Positions 21,794-31,770 of a stretch of DNA of 64,000 nucleotides are shown here, piece by piece. The position numbers and the translations under genes are program-made. How positions within the stretch are numbered: position 1 is the stretch's first letter; every line of letters begins with the position of its first letter. Source of the DNA: an uncultured Gammaproteobacteria bacterium (GTDB lineage Bacteria > Pseudomonadota > Gammaproteobacteria > Nitrosococcales > Methylophagaceae); NCBI GenBank assembly GCA_905479985.1, contig CAJQOM010000022.1:3937-67936 (forward strand), given 5' to 3'. Below the pieces are notes generated by a model, which was not told the DNA's origin, ran no database searches, and saw only the letters and a program-made list of their open reading frames with translations.

Positions 21794-22715
21794 AAACCTC
21801 AGCTAAGATCTTATCTGCACCTTGTGCTAATAAGTTTTCAGCAATCGCCTCACCCAACGCTTCGGCATCTTCAACTCTTGCACGGGCATCGGCCGTCAAC
21901 ATTTGGCTGCCATCGGGCATACCAACCAAGCCGCGGAGCCAAACTTCATCGCCATCAATCAAAGCAAATCCCGCTATCGGCACCTGACACCCGCCAGCCA
22001 AACGACGGTTCATCGCGCGTTCAGCTGACACCACAATCCAAGTCCGCGGACAACGTAACGGCGCAAGTAATGCATTGATTTCAACATCATCAATACGGGT
22101 CTCAATCCCCACAGCACCTTGACCCACTGCTGGCAAACTCTGCTCTGGGGTCATGGCTTCACGAATACGATCTTCGAACCCGAGCCGCTTTAATCCCGCC
22201 GAGGCCAAAATAATCGCATCAAATTGACCATCGTCTAATTTAGCCAATCGGGTATTCACATTGCCCCTTAAAGGCAACACCTCTAGATCGGGACGGTGTG
22301 TTCGTAATTGACACTCTCGGCGTAAGCTTGATGTACCGACTTTCGAACCAGCAGGTAAATCAGCCAAAGAGGCATAAGTATTCGACACAAACGCATCACG
22401 TGGATCTTCACGCTGACAAATAACGGGTAAATGTAAGCCTTCAGGCAGGTGCATCGGCACATCTTTCATCGAATGCACGGCAATATCCGCATCACCCGCC
22501 AACATGCCTTGCTCTAGTTCTTTAACAAACAAGCCTTTACCACCAATTTTCGCTAATGGCGTATCAAGGATTTTATCGCCTTGTGTTGTCATCTTAACCA
22601 GTTCAATCTCAAGATCCGGGTGCAATTCAAGCAAACGGTCACGGACAAACTCAGCTTGCCACATCGCCAAAGGACTCTTTCGAGTGGCAATCTTTATAAT
22701 TCTCTTTGTCATCAC
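21771..22715 (-). CDS. hemC: Hydroxymethylbilane synthase (porphobilinogen deaminase)
   Basis: [32 protein letters not shown] and a dipyrromethane cysteine region. Confidence 0.95.
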   Translation of the reverse strand: MMTKRIIKIATRKSPLAMWQAEFVRDRLLELHPDLEIELVKMTTQGDKILDTPLAKIGGKGLFVKELEQGMLAGDADIAVHSMKDVPMHLPEGLHLPVICQREDPRDAFVSNTYASLADLPAGSKVGTSSLRRECQLRTHRPDLEVLPLRGNVNTRLAKLDDGQFDAIILASAGLKRLGFEDRIREAMTPEQSLPAVGQGAVGIETRIDDVEINALLAPLRCPRTWIVVSAERAMNRRLAGGCQVPIAGFALIDGDEVWLRGLVGMPDGSQMLTADARARVEDAEALGEAIAENLLAQGADKILAEVYGDGPTA

Positions 22716-22871
22716 TTCTTACTGCTTATAATGTTGGTTAACTGCAGTCTAACAGCCGCAAGGAATCCATCATAGACTCTCATTCTTACTGACCAAAATG
22801 CCAATCGCCAGCCCCCGCGTCATTACGCGCTATAATAGCGTTTTTTGTTTAAATGTTTAAAGACTGAAACC

Positions 22872-24257
22872 ATGACTACACCCAGTAAAAAGCTCTCATC
22901 AGCGCGCCTGACACAACCGACAAATGCCTTCGTAGAAGAATTCACTGCCTCGGTTCAGTTTGACCAACGTTTATACCAACAAGACATTAACGGCTCCATC
23001 GCCCATGCCACCATGCTCAGTAGTGTCGGCATCCTGAGCGAAGCCGAACGCGATCAAATCATCGATGGCCTCAACACCATTCGCGGCGAAATTGATAACG
23101 ACCAATTCGAGTGGTCAATCGCCCAAGAAGATGTTCACATGAACATCGAAGCCAGACTCATTAGCCTGATCGGCGAAGTCGGTAAAAAACTCCACACCGG
23201 TCGTTCACGTAATGATCAAGTTGCCACCGATATCAGACTCTACCTGCGCGATATGGCCAGCCCAATTTCTGAGCAATTAACCCGCTTACAAACGGCCTTA
23301 TTGAATGTCGCTGAAAGAGAAGCCGATACCATTTTGCCTGGTTTCACTCATTTGCAAACCGCACAGCCCGTCACATTCGGCCATCACATGATGGCTTGGT
23401 ATGAAATGCTGTGTCGTGATGCCGAGCGTCTCGAAGATTGTCTAAAGCGTATTAATACCTTACCGCTAGGCGCCGCCGCATTAGCCGGTACCACCTTTGC
23501 CATCGATCGCGAACAAACGGCTGAATTATTAGGCTTTGAACGTATTTGCCAAAACTCATTAGATGCCGTCAGTGATCGCGATTTTGCTATCGAATTTAAT
23601 AGCTTCGCATCATTATTAATGATGCATCTCTCGCGTTTCTCTGAAGAATTAATTATTTGGTCATCAGCCCAGTTTGATTTCGTCGATCTTGGTGATGCCT
23701 TTTGCACTGGCTCATCAATCATGCCGCAAAAGAAAAACCCCGATGTGCCAGAATTAATTCGCGGTAAAACCAGCCGTGTTTACGGTAACTTATTCAACTT
23801 ATTCACCTTGATGAAAAACCAACCTTTGGCTTACAACAAAGACAATCAAGAAGACAAGGAACCGTTATTCGACACCATTGATACCTTGCTTGGCTCACTT
23901 CGCGTCTATGCTGACATGATGAATGCTATCACGGTCAAACCAGATAATATGCGCCAAGCCGCTTTGCGAGGCTATGCAACGGCAACCGATCTGGCTGATT
24001 ATTTAGTCCGTAAAGGTGTCGCGTTCCGGGATGCCCATGAAGTCGTCGGATTATCTGTCGCTTATGGCATCAAACACCAAAAAGATTTATCTGAATTATC
24101 ATTAGCCGAGTTACAAAGCTTCTCAGACCATATCACCGATGATGTTTTTGATGTCCTGACATTAGAAGGGTCAGTCGCAGCACGTGACCATCTTGGTGGC
24201 ACAGCACCAAACCAAGTCAGAAAAGCGATTAAAAAAGCACGTCAGACTTTAAGCTAA
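22872..24257 (+). CDS. argH: Argininosuccinate lyase
   Basis: Fumarate-lyase signature [12 protein letters not shown]. Start placed at the second Met (MTTPSKK) of ORF 22845..24257. Confidence 0.93.
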   Translation: MTTPSKKLSSARLTQPTNAFVEEFTASVQFDQRLYQQDINGSIAHATMLSSVGILSEAERDQIIDGLNTIRGEIDNDQFEWSIAQEDVHMNIEARLISLIGEVGKKLHTGRSRNDQVATDIRLYLRDMASPISEQLTRLQTALLNVAEREADTILPGFTHLQTAQPVTFGHHMMAWYEMLCRDAERLEDCLKRINTLPLGAAALAGTTFAIDREQTAELLGFERICQNSLDAVSDRDFAIEFNSFASLLMMHLSRFSEELIIWSSAQFDFVDLGDAFCTGSSIMPQKKNPDVPELIRGKTSRVYGNLFNLFTLMKNQPLAYNKDNQEDKEPLFDTIDTLLGSLRVYADMMNAITVKPDNMRQAALRGYATATDLADYLVRKGVAFRDAHEVVGLSVAYGIKHQKDLSELSLAELQSFSDHITDDVFDVLTLEGSVAARDHLGGTAPNQVRKAIKKARQTLS

Positions 24258-25189
24258 TAAGCAGCAATATAACGCTCATGAACATAGCCTAGCTGCCCGT
24301 CAGACAGTTTGACTTGCAGCCAAGGCGTATGGCGTTCATTTAACAGCATCACCACATCATTCTGTTTTAACACGGTACTGGCGCCAAACTTCATCCCCGG
24401 GCCAGAGCGTAAATTTAAATAGTCTGTCTTCACATAAAAAGACGACACATCACGCGACTCTACTTTCGCTTGCATAATACCTTGCTGATCAAGCTCTTCA
24501 CTACGATCCCAAGTCAACAATAAGCGTCGGAATAAGTCATCGCCTACCCGAACAATTTGCTCATCACTGATGTTACTCGTCGCAGAATAAAGTCCTATTG
24601 CAAGATCAACTGGCGTTAATGGAAAGCTACCACCATGACTAGATGCAATATGACGCCCTTGCCATAACTGATGATTATCCTGAGCACGCACCAACCGTAA
24701 TTTAATGCCAACCGATGTTTGAGAATAAACACCAAAAAACTGCGTATTGTAATCAGTCACTTCACCCAGCAACAGACTATCGCAATCCAAATGTTTTGCC
24801 AGCCCACGATAACTCACCGGCAAATCGCTATAGGTCCTGACGGCTTGGTTAACACGCGCAAGCTCAACATCTTTATAGGGGTAAGGCGCAAGGTGAGAAT
24901 ACAGAACACGTCTCAGCTGCTTTAATTCTATGTCGCTAATTTCTGGGCCAGTCTCAGGTAAAAAAGCCGTTGTAAGCTGTTTACGCAAAGGCATTACAGC
25001 AATACATTTTGGTGGTGAATGATGAAACGCAGGATCAAACTTAAAATGGACAGGGTTCATGCCTGTTGCTTGCCCACGTCCTTCTTCCATCTGTACCGCT
25101 TCATTGATATAGACTGGCGACATCCCACAAGCGCTCACACTTAAAACCAAAGCCCCGACCAATATTATTTTTATAAAATCTAAGCCCAT
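24254..25189 (-). CDS. Lipoprotein with DUF799/GNA1162-like body and C-terminal SH3b domain
   Basis: Lipobox LSVSAC. C-terminal [27 protein letters not shown]...WLQVKL..GQLGYV is SH3_3-like. The stop overlaps the argH stop convergently. Confidence 0.5.
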   Translation of the reverse strand: MGLDFIKIILVGALVLSVSACGMSPVYINEAVQMEEGRGQATGMNPVHFKFDPAFHHSPPKCIAVMPLRKQLTTAFLPETGPEISDIELKQLRRVLYSHLAPYPYKDVELARVNQAVRTYSDLPVSYRGLAKHLDCDSLLLGEVTDYNTQFFGVYSQTSVGIKLRLVRAQDNHQLWQGRHIASSHGGSFPLTPVDLAIGLYSATSNISDEQIVRVGDDLFRRLLLTWDRSEELDQQGIMQAKVESRDVSSFYVKTDYLNLRSGPGMKFGASTVLKQNDVVMLLNERHTPWLQVKLSDGQLGYVHERYIAAY

Positions 25190-25292
25190 CGCTAACTCCT
25201 TGAGATAGCTGGATTATAGTCACAGAACATCGTGACAAAATGCCGGAAAATAGAATTTTGTGAGCTACGTCAAACAATTAGCCTTTCCCCAT

Positions 25293-25332
25293 AAAAAAAG
25301 ACCCCAGAAATCGAAACTCGATAACTGGGGTC
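25293..25332 (-). terminator. Rho-independent terminator after the repeat lipoprotein gene
   Basis: Minus-strand stem GACCCCAG...CTGGGGTC followed by TTTTTTT. Confidence 0.6.
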
Positions 25333-25375
25333 AAATCGCGGATCTACGCCCGCTTAAGGGTAAGTGCTAATACAA

Positions 25376-26914
25376 TTACAAATCAACACCTAATGCTTTT
25401 ACCGTCTCCATATTGATGTACTTATCAACGGGAAGACTGTTATCACGTTGGAATGCGTTCATTGCGCCAATCGTATCCATACCAATCACGCCATCAACCG
25501 CACCTGGGTTGTATTCACGCGCCATCAATGCACGCTGAATATCAGCAACCGTACTGGCTGTCATATTCGTTTCACATAGAATTGAACGCCATTCCATAAA
25601 ACCTTCTGCTTCCAATTCTTGAGAAACAACCGTGTTATATTCAGCTGGAATTTCTTCTCTCACTTCTTGTGCTTGTGACGCTAATTTGCTGACTTCCACT
25701 GTTTTATAAACCGCTGGAATTTCTACACGATGCGAACTAGCAGCTGTATCAACAACCGTTGATGTCACTGTTTCATAAACATCCGCAGTTTCAGTCAAAC
25801 AAATCTTATTACCCGTACGTGTTGCTGCAGGGTGTTCTTTGTTATGAACCTCATGCCATACAAACGCAACATCAGATACTTGTTTTTTAACTTTCACAGT
25901 ATCGTAAGCAGCAGGCACTTCATTTCTAATTTCTTGTGCACCAGACACTAACTCACGAACTTGAACTGTTTTGTATACAGCAGGAACATCCACTTCTTCC
26001 GTCATAGCGGGTGATGCAAGCACACGACGGCTCACTGTTTTGTAAGTCGCAGGGACTTCGACTAAACACATGATTTCACCGGTTGCTTCATCAATCTTCT
26101 GGATAGGGCCTGTGCCTTTTTTCCAGATTGTGTGGGCAGCCACATCAACCAATTGTTCTGTTTCAGTACTGTACTGAGCAGGTACTGTTCTAAGTACTTT
26201 AGACGCTTCTTTAACTAAAACTTGCTTTTCAACCATGCGATATTCAGGCTTAGAAACAGACACTGTTTCATAAGCGCCTTTCACTAATACCGTTTGATTT
26301 TCATATTCATATGTCGCTGGCACATAATGCTCGTGGTAACACATACCTGGCGTAGCACCCTCTAAATTAATACCACCTGTTTTAGCGGCCATTAATAACT
26401 CATTGCTTGCTGGCGCAGCACCACGATCTAAACTGGTCATCCAATGCGTTGACCCTGCACTGACTAAGCGACGTTCTGATTCTGTTCTATAAGTGGCTGG
26501 CATTGTTTCAATACGGTAATCCGCTTCACTCACTAAAACTTGCTCAGTCACGACTTCATAGCGTGCTGGAATGATACTGACTGACTCGCTAGCTTCTTTT
26601 GCTAATACCGTTTGAGAAACAGTTTTAAATTGTGGCTCAACCCAAACACGGGCATAACACTCGCCTGATTTAGCATCAACTGGTAATAAATCACCTTCAA
26701 CAGACATGCCACCACTTGCTGACATTGAAGCCAACTCTGCTTCTTTACGTGCCAACTCACTGGCACGTTTATCTAATTCAGCGCTTTTTACTGCCAGTTC
26801 TTGAGCGCTTGCTGCACTCATATCCATATCAGGTGCTTGATGTGAAGCACAACCGACGAGCAAGGATAACCCTGCTGCAGTCACCAAGGGGCGCGTTAAT
26901 TTATATTTATTCAT
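25376..26914 (-). CDS. Repeat-rich lipoprotein with C-terminal peptidoglycan-binding (PG_binding_1-like) domain
   Basis: Lipobox LLVGCAS. At least 10 copies of a [VIM]PAxYxTV...V module. C-terminus DIQRALMAREYNPGAVDGVIGMDTIGAMNAFQRDNSLPV. Confidence 0.6.
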   Translation of the reverse strand: MNKYKLTRPLVTAAGLSLLVGCASHQAPDMDMSAASAQELAVKSAELDKRASELARKEAELASMSASGGMSVEGDLLPVDAKSGECYARVWVEPQFKTVSQTVLAKEASESVSIIPARYEVVTEQVLVSEADYRIETMPATYRTESERRLVSAGSTHWMTSLDRGAAPASNELLMAAKTGGINLEGATPGMCYHEHYVPATYEYENQTVLVKGAYETVSVSKPEYRMVEKQVLVKEASKVLRTVPAQYSTETEQLVDVAAHTIWKKGTGPIQKIDEATGEIMCLVEVPATYKTVSRRVLASPAMTEEVDVPAVYKTVQVRELVSGAQEIRNEVPAAYDTVKVKKQVSDVAFVWHEVHNKEHPAATRTGNKICLTETADVYETVTSTVVDTAASSHRVEIPAVYKTVEVSKLASQAQEVREEIPAEYNTVVSQELEAEGFMEWRSILCETNMTASTVADIQRALMAREYNPGAVDGVIGMDTIGAMNAFQRDNSLPVDKYINMETVKALGVDL

Positions 26915-27164
26915 AGCTATATCCTTAAATGTATTATTCTTAATTATTTTTTCAAGCTTCAGCCAAACTGTCTAAATTTAGGCCGTTCGACAGCAGTCTT
27001 AACGCTACTTAGCAACTAACCTACGCTACCAAGATTACGTAAATGAAGCTGAACATAAGCTGAACTGAACTGAATTAAAACCTTAGGTTTCCACGACAAC
27101 TCTTGGCTTCTCCAGAATAAAAAATAGGCCAACACCTTATTTCATGAGTCCTTTAAATTATCTA

Positions 27165-27192
27165 TTGAAAACCCATCATCGCGCCCCCACTT
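27165..27192 (+). promoter_or_regulatory. Sigma32-like heat-shock promoter upstream of cbpA
   Basis: TTGAAA - 13/14 nt - CCCCACTT compared with the consensus CTTGAAA-N13-15-CCCCATNT. Lies about 40 nt before the cbpA ATG. Confidence 0.4.
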
Positions 27193-27233
27193 AATAGGGC
27201 ATCATTCACCTTACGACTTAAATTCAAGCCCTT

Positions 27234-28130
27234 ATGGAATACAAAGATTATTACAAAGTCCTTGGCGTCTCACGTGACGTATCAAAAGATGAGCTCAAAA
27301 AGGCTTATCGGAAACAAGCACGTAAATACCATCCAGACGTCAGCAAAGAAGCCGATGCTGAAGCCAAATTCAAAGACGTCGGCGAGGCTTATGAAGTCCT
27401 TAAAGATGCAGAAAAACGGGCACAATACGACCAATTCGGTAGCAATTATCAACATGGTCAATCCTTTAACCCCCCACCAGGCTGGAATGGTCAAAGTGGT
27501 GCAGGCATGGGTGGTGGTGGCAACTTCAGCAGCTTCTTCGAAAGCATGTTCAGCAACGGCGGTATGGGTGGTGGCGACAATTTTTTCGCGCAAGGAGAAG
27601 ACGTCAATGCCAAAATCACTATCTCATTAGAAGATGCCTTCGCCGGTGCCAAAAAAAGCATCCGTCGTCCCGGCGGCGCTACTCAAGGTGGCACCATCAA
27701 TGTCAAAATTCCAGCAGGCATTACCAGCGGTAAGAAAATTCGTTTAGCAGGCCAAGGTAAAGCAGGCGCAGGCGGTGATGCCGGCGATTTGTTCTTAGAA
27801 ATTAATATCGCCAATCACGCCCATTACCAAGTAGAAGATAAAGACATCACCATCAACCTGCCCATCGCACCTTGGGAAGCCGCACTTGGCGCTAAAGTCA
27901 CCGTGCCAACACTGGCAGGTAAAATTAGTCTCACCATTCCAAGCGACGCCAAAAGTGGTCAAAAAATGCGCCTAAAAGGTCGCGGCTTACCCGGTAAACA
28001 AGCCGGTGACCAAATTGTCATCCTACAAATCATGACGCCACCTGCTGACAGTCCTGAAGCACAGCAGCTTTACCAACAAATGGCAGAAGAATTAAACTTT
28101 AACCCACGTGAAGCACTAGAAGACTTATAA
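27234..28130 (+). CDS. cbpA: Curved-DNA-binding DnaJ-like co-chaperone
   Basis: J domain (DYYKVLGV..., HPD), G/F-rich linker, no zinc-finger CxxCxGxG repeats, DnaJ C-terminal domains. Confidence 0.8.
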   Translation: MEYKDYYKVLGVSRDVSKDELKKAYRKQARKYHPDVSKEADAEAKFKDVGEAYEVLKDAEKRAQYDQFGSNYQHGQSFNPPPGWNGQSGAGMGGGGNFSSFFESMFSNGGMGGGDNFFAQGEDVNAKITISLEDAFAGAKKSIRRPGGATQGGTINVKIPAGITSGKKIRLAGQGKAGAGGDAGDLFLEINIANHAHYQVEDKDITINLPIAPWEAALGAKVTVPTLAGKISLTIPSDAKSGQKMRLKGRGLPGKQAGDQIVILQIMTPPADSPEAQQLYQQMAEELNFNPREALEDL

Positions 28131-28151
28131 GCTAAACAATAGGAAACGCTA

Positions 28152-29531
28152 ATGACTAAATTAAAGACCAGTTTAATTTGGCTGGCCGCATTAAGCCTAA
28201 TCATCCAAGTCGCGCATGCCGCCCTGCCTAGCAACTGGTTTAGCAATAATGGTGAAATGCCGACATTAGCGCCGATGATTGACCAATCAAAACCGGCTGT
28301 CGTCAACATTGCCACCCAAAGTCATATCCGGATACAAGACAATCCTTTAATGAACGACCCGTTCTTTCGGCGCTTCTTTAATATCCCACAACAACCGCGC
28401 CATCGCACCAGACAAAGTTTGGGGTCTGGCGTTATCTTTGATGCCAAGAAAGGCCTTGTCCTCACCAATAGCCATGTCATTCAACGTGCTGATGAGATCA
28501 CTGTTTCATTAACTGACGGTCGTAGCTTCCAAGCCGAACTCGTCGGCAGCGATCCAGCCACCGATGTCGCCCTCATTAAAATCCCTGCTGAAAGCCTCAC
28601 CGCCTTACCGCTTGCTGACTCCGATAAACTCCGTGTCGGTGACTTTGTTGTCGCAATTGGTAATCCCTTCGGATTAGGTCAAACCGTCACTTCTGGCATT
28701 GTCAGTGCCCTAGGCCGAAGTGGCTTAGGCATCGAAGGTTATGAAAACTTCATCCAGACTGATGCCTCAATCAACCCCGGTAACTCAGGCGGTGCACTGC
28801 TTAACTTAAGAGGTGAGCTGGTCGGTATTAACACCGCCATCTTCTCACCCGGCCAACGTGCCGGTGCCGGGAATATCGGCATTGGCTTTGCGATTCCCAG
28901 CAATATGGTCAAACAAATCAGTGATCAATTGATTGAATATGGCGAAGTCAAACGTGCTTATTTAGGCGTCCAAATGCAAGATATCAATGATGAACTCGCC
29001 AGCGCCTTTAATATTCCGCCCGGGCAAGGTGCTGTCATTACCAGCATTCAAAAGGACTCTGCGGCCGATAAAGCCGGACTAGAGATTGGCGATGTTATCG
29101 TCACAGTCGACGGCCAAAAACTCAGCAATGCCGATAGCCTGCGTAACACCGTTGGCTTATTAATGGTGGGACAAACCATCAAAATGGATATCCTTCGCAA
29201 CGGCAAACAAAAAACAGTCAAAGCCACGGTTAAAGAAGTGCAAAAACAAGCGCAACAAGGCCCTATTCACCCCAAACTCGCCGGCGCTTCATTCGGTAAT
29301 ATTGAACCCGGCTCACGCTACTATGGCAAAATAAATGGTGTCGCCATCTACGACGTGAAACGTAATAGCCCCGCTTGGAACGCCGGGCTCAGAACCAATG
29401 ACATCATCACCTCAGTCAATAAAGTCAGGGTCAATTCCTTGGATGACTTTAAGTCACACGTTCAAACCACCGGCACCTTACTCTTCAATCTGACCCGTAA
29501 TCGGCAAGCAATGTTCTTAATCTTACGCTGA
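28152..29531 (+). CDS. Periplasmic Do/DegP/DegQ/MucD-family serine endoprotease with two PDZ domains
   Basis: Signal peptide, catalytic triad context TNSHV, DVALIK and GNSGGAL, then two PDZ-like segments. Confidence 0.85.
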   Translation: MTKLKTSLIWLAALSLIIQVAHAALPSNWFSNNGEMPTLAPMIDQSKPAVVNIATQSHIRIQDNPLMNDPFFRRFFNIPQQPRHRTRQSLGSGVIFDAKKGLVLTNSHVIQRADEITVSLTDGRSFQAELVGSDPATDVALIKIPAESLTALPLADSDKLRVGDFVVAIGNPFGLGQTVTSGIVSALGRSGLGIEGYENFIQTDASINPGNSGGALLNLRGELVGINTAIFSPGQRAGAGNIGIGFAIPSNMVKQISDQLIEYGEVKRAYLGVQMQDINDELASAFNIPPGQGAVITSIQKDSAADKAGLEIGDVIVTVDGQKLSNADSLRNTVGLLMVGQTIKMDILRNGKQKTVKATVKEVQKQAQQGPIHPKLAGASFGNIEPGSRYYGKINGVAIYDVKRNSPAWNAGLRTNDIITSVNKVRVNSLDDFKSHVQTTGTLLFNLTRNRQAMFLILR

Positions 29532-29573
29532 CATTAACCAACACAAGCAAGCCATGCCTTTACTGTATTAAAT

Positions 29574-29600
29574 AAACCCGCTTTTGCGGGTTTATTTTTA
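29574..29600 (+). terminator. Rho-independent terminator after the protease gene
   Basis: AAACCCGC-TTTT-GCGGGTTT followed by a T-rich tail. Confidence 0.8.
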
Positions 29601-29672
29601 TCTCTCATCTTCCACACTTCAAAACTATCTGCCCAAAAAACGGTCTATAGATTTAGCTTATCTAAAAAGCGG

Positions 29673-30485
29673 ATGTCACCCATCAACAGGGAGATAAACA
29701 TGAATACTGTCCACGCCTACCATCATCTTAAACCGACACACCCTAACAACATCAAAATAGCGCTGTTAAGGCCTTTTTACTGGCTGAAATCCAGCTGGCA
29801 AGATCTGTATTATCATCCTGCAGCCAGCTTTGGTTATGGCCTCATCGTCACCTCATTAATGCTAATGACCTTTCTCATCACGAGCACCCATATTTATGTT
29901 ATCGCTGCCGCGATTTGTGGCTTTATGTTTTTTGGCCCTATTCTCGCAGCCGGGCTCTGTGAACTCTCATGGCGTCATGAAAAGCATGAACATCTTGATT
30001 TTGACCACTCGCTAAGCCGCTTACGCAAAGTCCAAAATACCTTATATCGTTTTGCCGGTGTGTTACTCGGCTTTAGTCTAATCTGGTTTGCCCTCTCAGC
30101 ATTAATCCTCTCCGTCACCATCGGCAGCGTTGCACCCGCCATTGAACTCACGGTTTGGGATAACTTCTTTGCGCTTGCCACCACACAACAACTCGCACTG
30201 TATGCCTTAAGCGGCGGCTTATTAATGATCGCAGCATTCAGCATCTCCGTCGTCTCCATACCCGCGATCATTGAAATGGATATCTCAGTCAAAGAAGCCA
30301 TGCAACTCAGCTTCAAAGTCTTCATCACCAACCTGCCCACTATGGCGGTTTGGGGAGTTTTAATTGTTCTGCTCTTTTTACTCGGCTTATCAACCTTAAT
30401 GATCGGCATGATCGTACTGTTCCCGCTATTAGGTCATGCAACATGGTATGCCTATCGGGATTTGGTGAAGGATGAGATGTATTAA
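29673..30485 (+). CDS. DUF2189-like integral membrane protein
   Basis: Multiple TM helices. GFMFFGPILAAGLCELSWRHEK resembles my recollection of the DUF2189 core. The start may be the Met at 29700. Confidence 0.5.
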   Translation: MSPINREINMNTVHAYHHLKPTHPNNIKIALLRPFYWLKSSWQDLYYHPAASFGYGLIVTSLMLMTFLITSTHIYVIAAAICGFMFFGPILAAGLCELSWRHEKHEHLDFDHSLSRLRKVQNTLYRFAGVLLGFSLIWFALSALILSVTIGSVAPAIELTVWDNFFALATTQQLALYALSGGLLMIAAFSISVVSIPAIIEMDISVKEAMQLSFKVFITNLPTMAVWGVLIVLLFLLGLSTLMIGMIVLFPLLGHATWYAYRDLVKDEMY

Positions 30486-30628
30486 GTTAAATTTTATGAT
30501 GCTGTAGCAACAAACGGTGTTTATTAATTAAGCTTATTTCGACTAAGGTCGAGTTAAGGAGATGGGGATCCGAAAAATCTCGCGAAACTGTAGAAAAAAT
30601 ACAACATGCCCTTATGCGAAGCCGAGCT

Positions 30629-30776
30629 TTGAAAAGCTATTTGAGATCAATACGACGAGTGTTTGACCGTAGCGACAAATTTGTCTGGAACAAATTTGGA
30701 CGCCGGAGGCGCCCGAAGGGTGAGAGACATGGATGTCTCGAATCAATTTTCGTCGCATCTCAAATAGATTGAAAAG
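30629..30776. mobile_element. MITE-like element with 8-bp direct flanking repeats
   Basis: Perfect 11-bp terminal inverted repeats CTATTTGAGAT (30637-30647) / ATCTCAAATAG (30757-30767), subterminal CGACGA/TCGTCG, and TTGAAAAG on both flanks (30629-30636, 30769-30776). Internal hairpins GACAAATTTGTC and GAGACATggATGTCTC. Confidence 0.55.
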
Positions 30777-30907
30777 TGAGGGAACCCGTAGGGCAAGCAT
30801 GGGCTGGCCTTTTGTTTGGTTCTGTTTATTTTGGCCACGCAAAATAAATGAACACCCAGCAGCAGCTATAAAAATAAAGAGAAAACAAACTTATCTACCT
30901 TTCCCTT

Positions 30908-31729
30908 TTAGTCTTTTTCATAACCTTCATCTAACTCATCTAACAGGAGCGTCATTTCATCATATTCATCAGCATCCTTAGCCCCTAGGTCAACAATGTA
31001 GCGAATTACGCCTCTAATACCATCCAACTCTTCTATAAATTCACTCTCTAATTCTATTTCATGGGCCTGTTGGATGAGATCATAATATTTCTTTACTAAA
31101 AATGCATATGCTTCAGGGTCAATGTTCATATGCACTTTTTTTGTTTTGAGGTTTGTACGCTTAGCAGACATCCGAGTAAGCGCTAAAATCTCCTCTAATA
31201 TTTCTCTCTGATCTCTGCTGGGTTCGATTGAGTCCCCATTATTTTTATATTTCTCAATGATTCCTTTTATTTGTTCCTCCAGCTTAGGCCACCACATATC
31301 AAAAACAGCAGTTAAAACTGAATCATCTAGCCTACTCTCACCCAAAAGCTTGTTAATCGTGGATACAAGCTTTTTAATCTCACCCTTTGTAAATGGTGTC
31401 GATTGAAATTGAACAAGCGGGCCTTTTAAGTCCGAATTATCTAGATCAAAGAGAATAGGACAAACATGAGATGAATCTAATTGTTTCGATAAAGCTCCCG
31501 CTTCAAACATGACCCATGGCTTTTCAAGGTTATCTTTTGTGAGACAAATAATACCAACCTTCGACTCTTCTAATTCGCTCGCGATGTCTGTACTCCACCT
31601 TGTTCCTTTTTCAATATCATTAGGTGTAAAGTAAGGCTTCACTTGCTGAATGACCCCAGGTATCCATGTTCTAAGAGCTTCGCCGAGTTCACGACTCATT
31701 TCTCCTGACCAACTTATAAAAACTTTCAT
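30908..31729 (-). CDS. TIR-domain protein with uncharacterised acidic helical C-terminal domain
   Basis: N-terminus VFISWSG...GTRW...VGIICLTKDNLEKPWVMFEAGAL matches the bacterial TIR/TIR-like pattern, including the conserved Glu (E76). RBS AAGGAG. AT-rich relative to its neighbours. Confidence 0.7.
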   Translation of the reverse strand: MKVFISWSGEMSRELGEALRTWIPGVIQQVKPYFTPNDIEKGTRWSTDIASELEESKVGIICLTKDNLEKPWVMFEAGALSKQLDSSHVCPILFDLDNSDLKGPLVQFQSTPFTKGEIKKLVSTINKLLGESRLDDSVLTAVFDMWWPKLEEQIKGIIEKYKNNGDSIEPSRDQREILEEILALTRMSAKRTNLKTKKVHMNIDPEAYAFLVKKYYDLIQQAHEIELESEFIEELDGIRGVIRYIVDLGAKDADEYDEMTLLLDELDEGYEKD

Positions 31730-31770
31730 CCCTTCTCCTTGTTTATCAATACACTCTGAATAGATCTGTA

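Noticed and set aside
27040-27075. Short direct repeats AAGCTGAAC AT AAGCTGAAC TGAAC TGAAT in the lipoprotein/cbpA divergent spacer.
   Set aside because: They are too short and degenerate to assign a function. They could be iterated binding sites, but nothing else supports this.
30606-30812. Highly structured intergenic region beside the TIR gene, considered as a retron msr/msd or a dedicated ncRNA partner of the TIR protein.
   Set aside because: No reverse transcriptase is nearby. The long-range pairing is explained by terminal inverted repeats flanked by a TTGAAAAG direct repeat, which fits a MITE insertion better.
30612-30981. ORFs 30612..30842 (-) and 30733..30981 (+) from the track, plus a 34-codon ORF starting at 30562 next to AAGGAG.
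   Set aside because: They run through the MITE and palindromes and give low-complexity, implausible peptides. One runs antisense into the TIR gene 3' end. The AAGGAG abuts the ATG with zero spacing.
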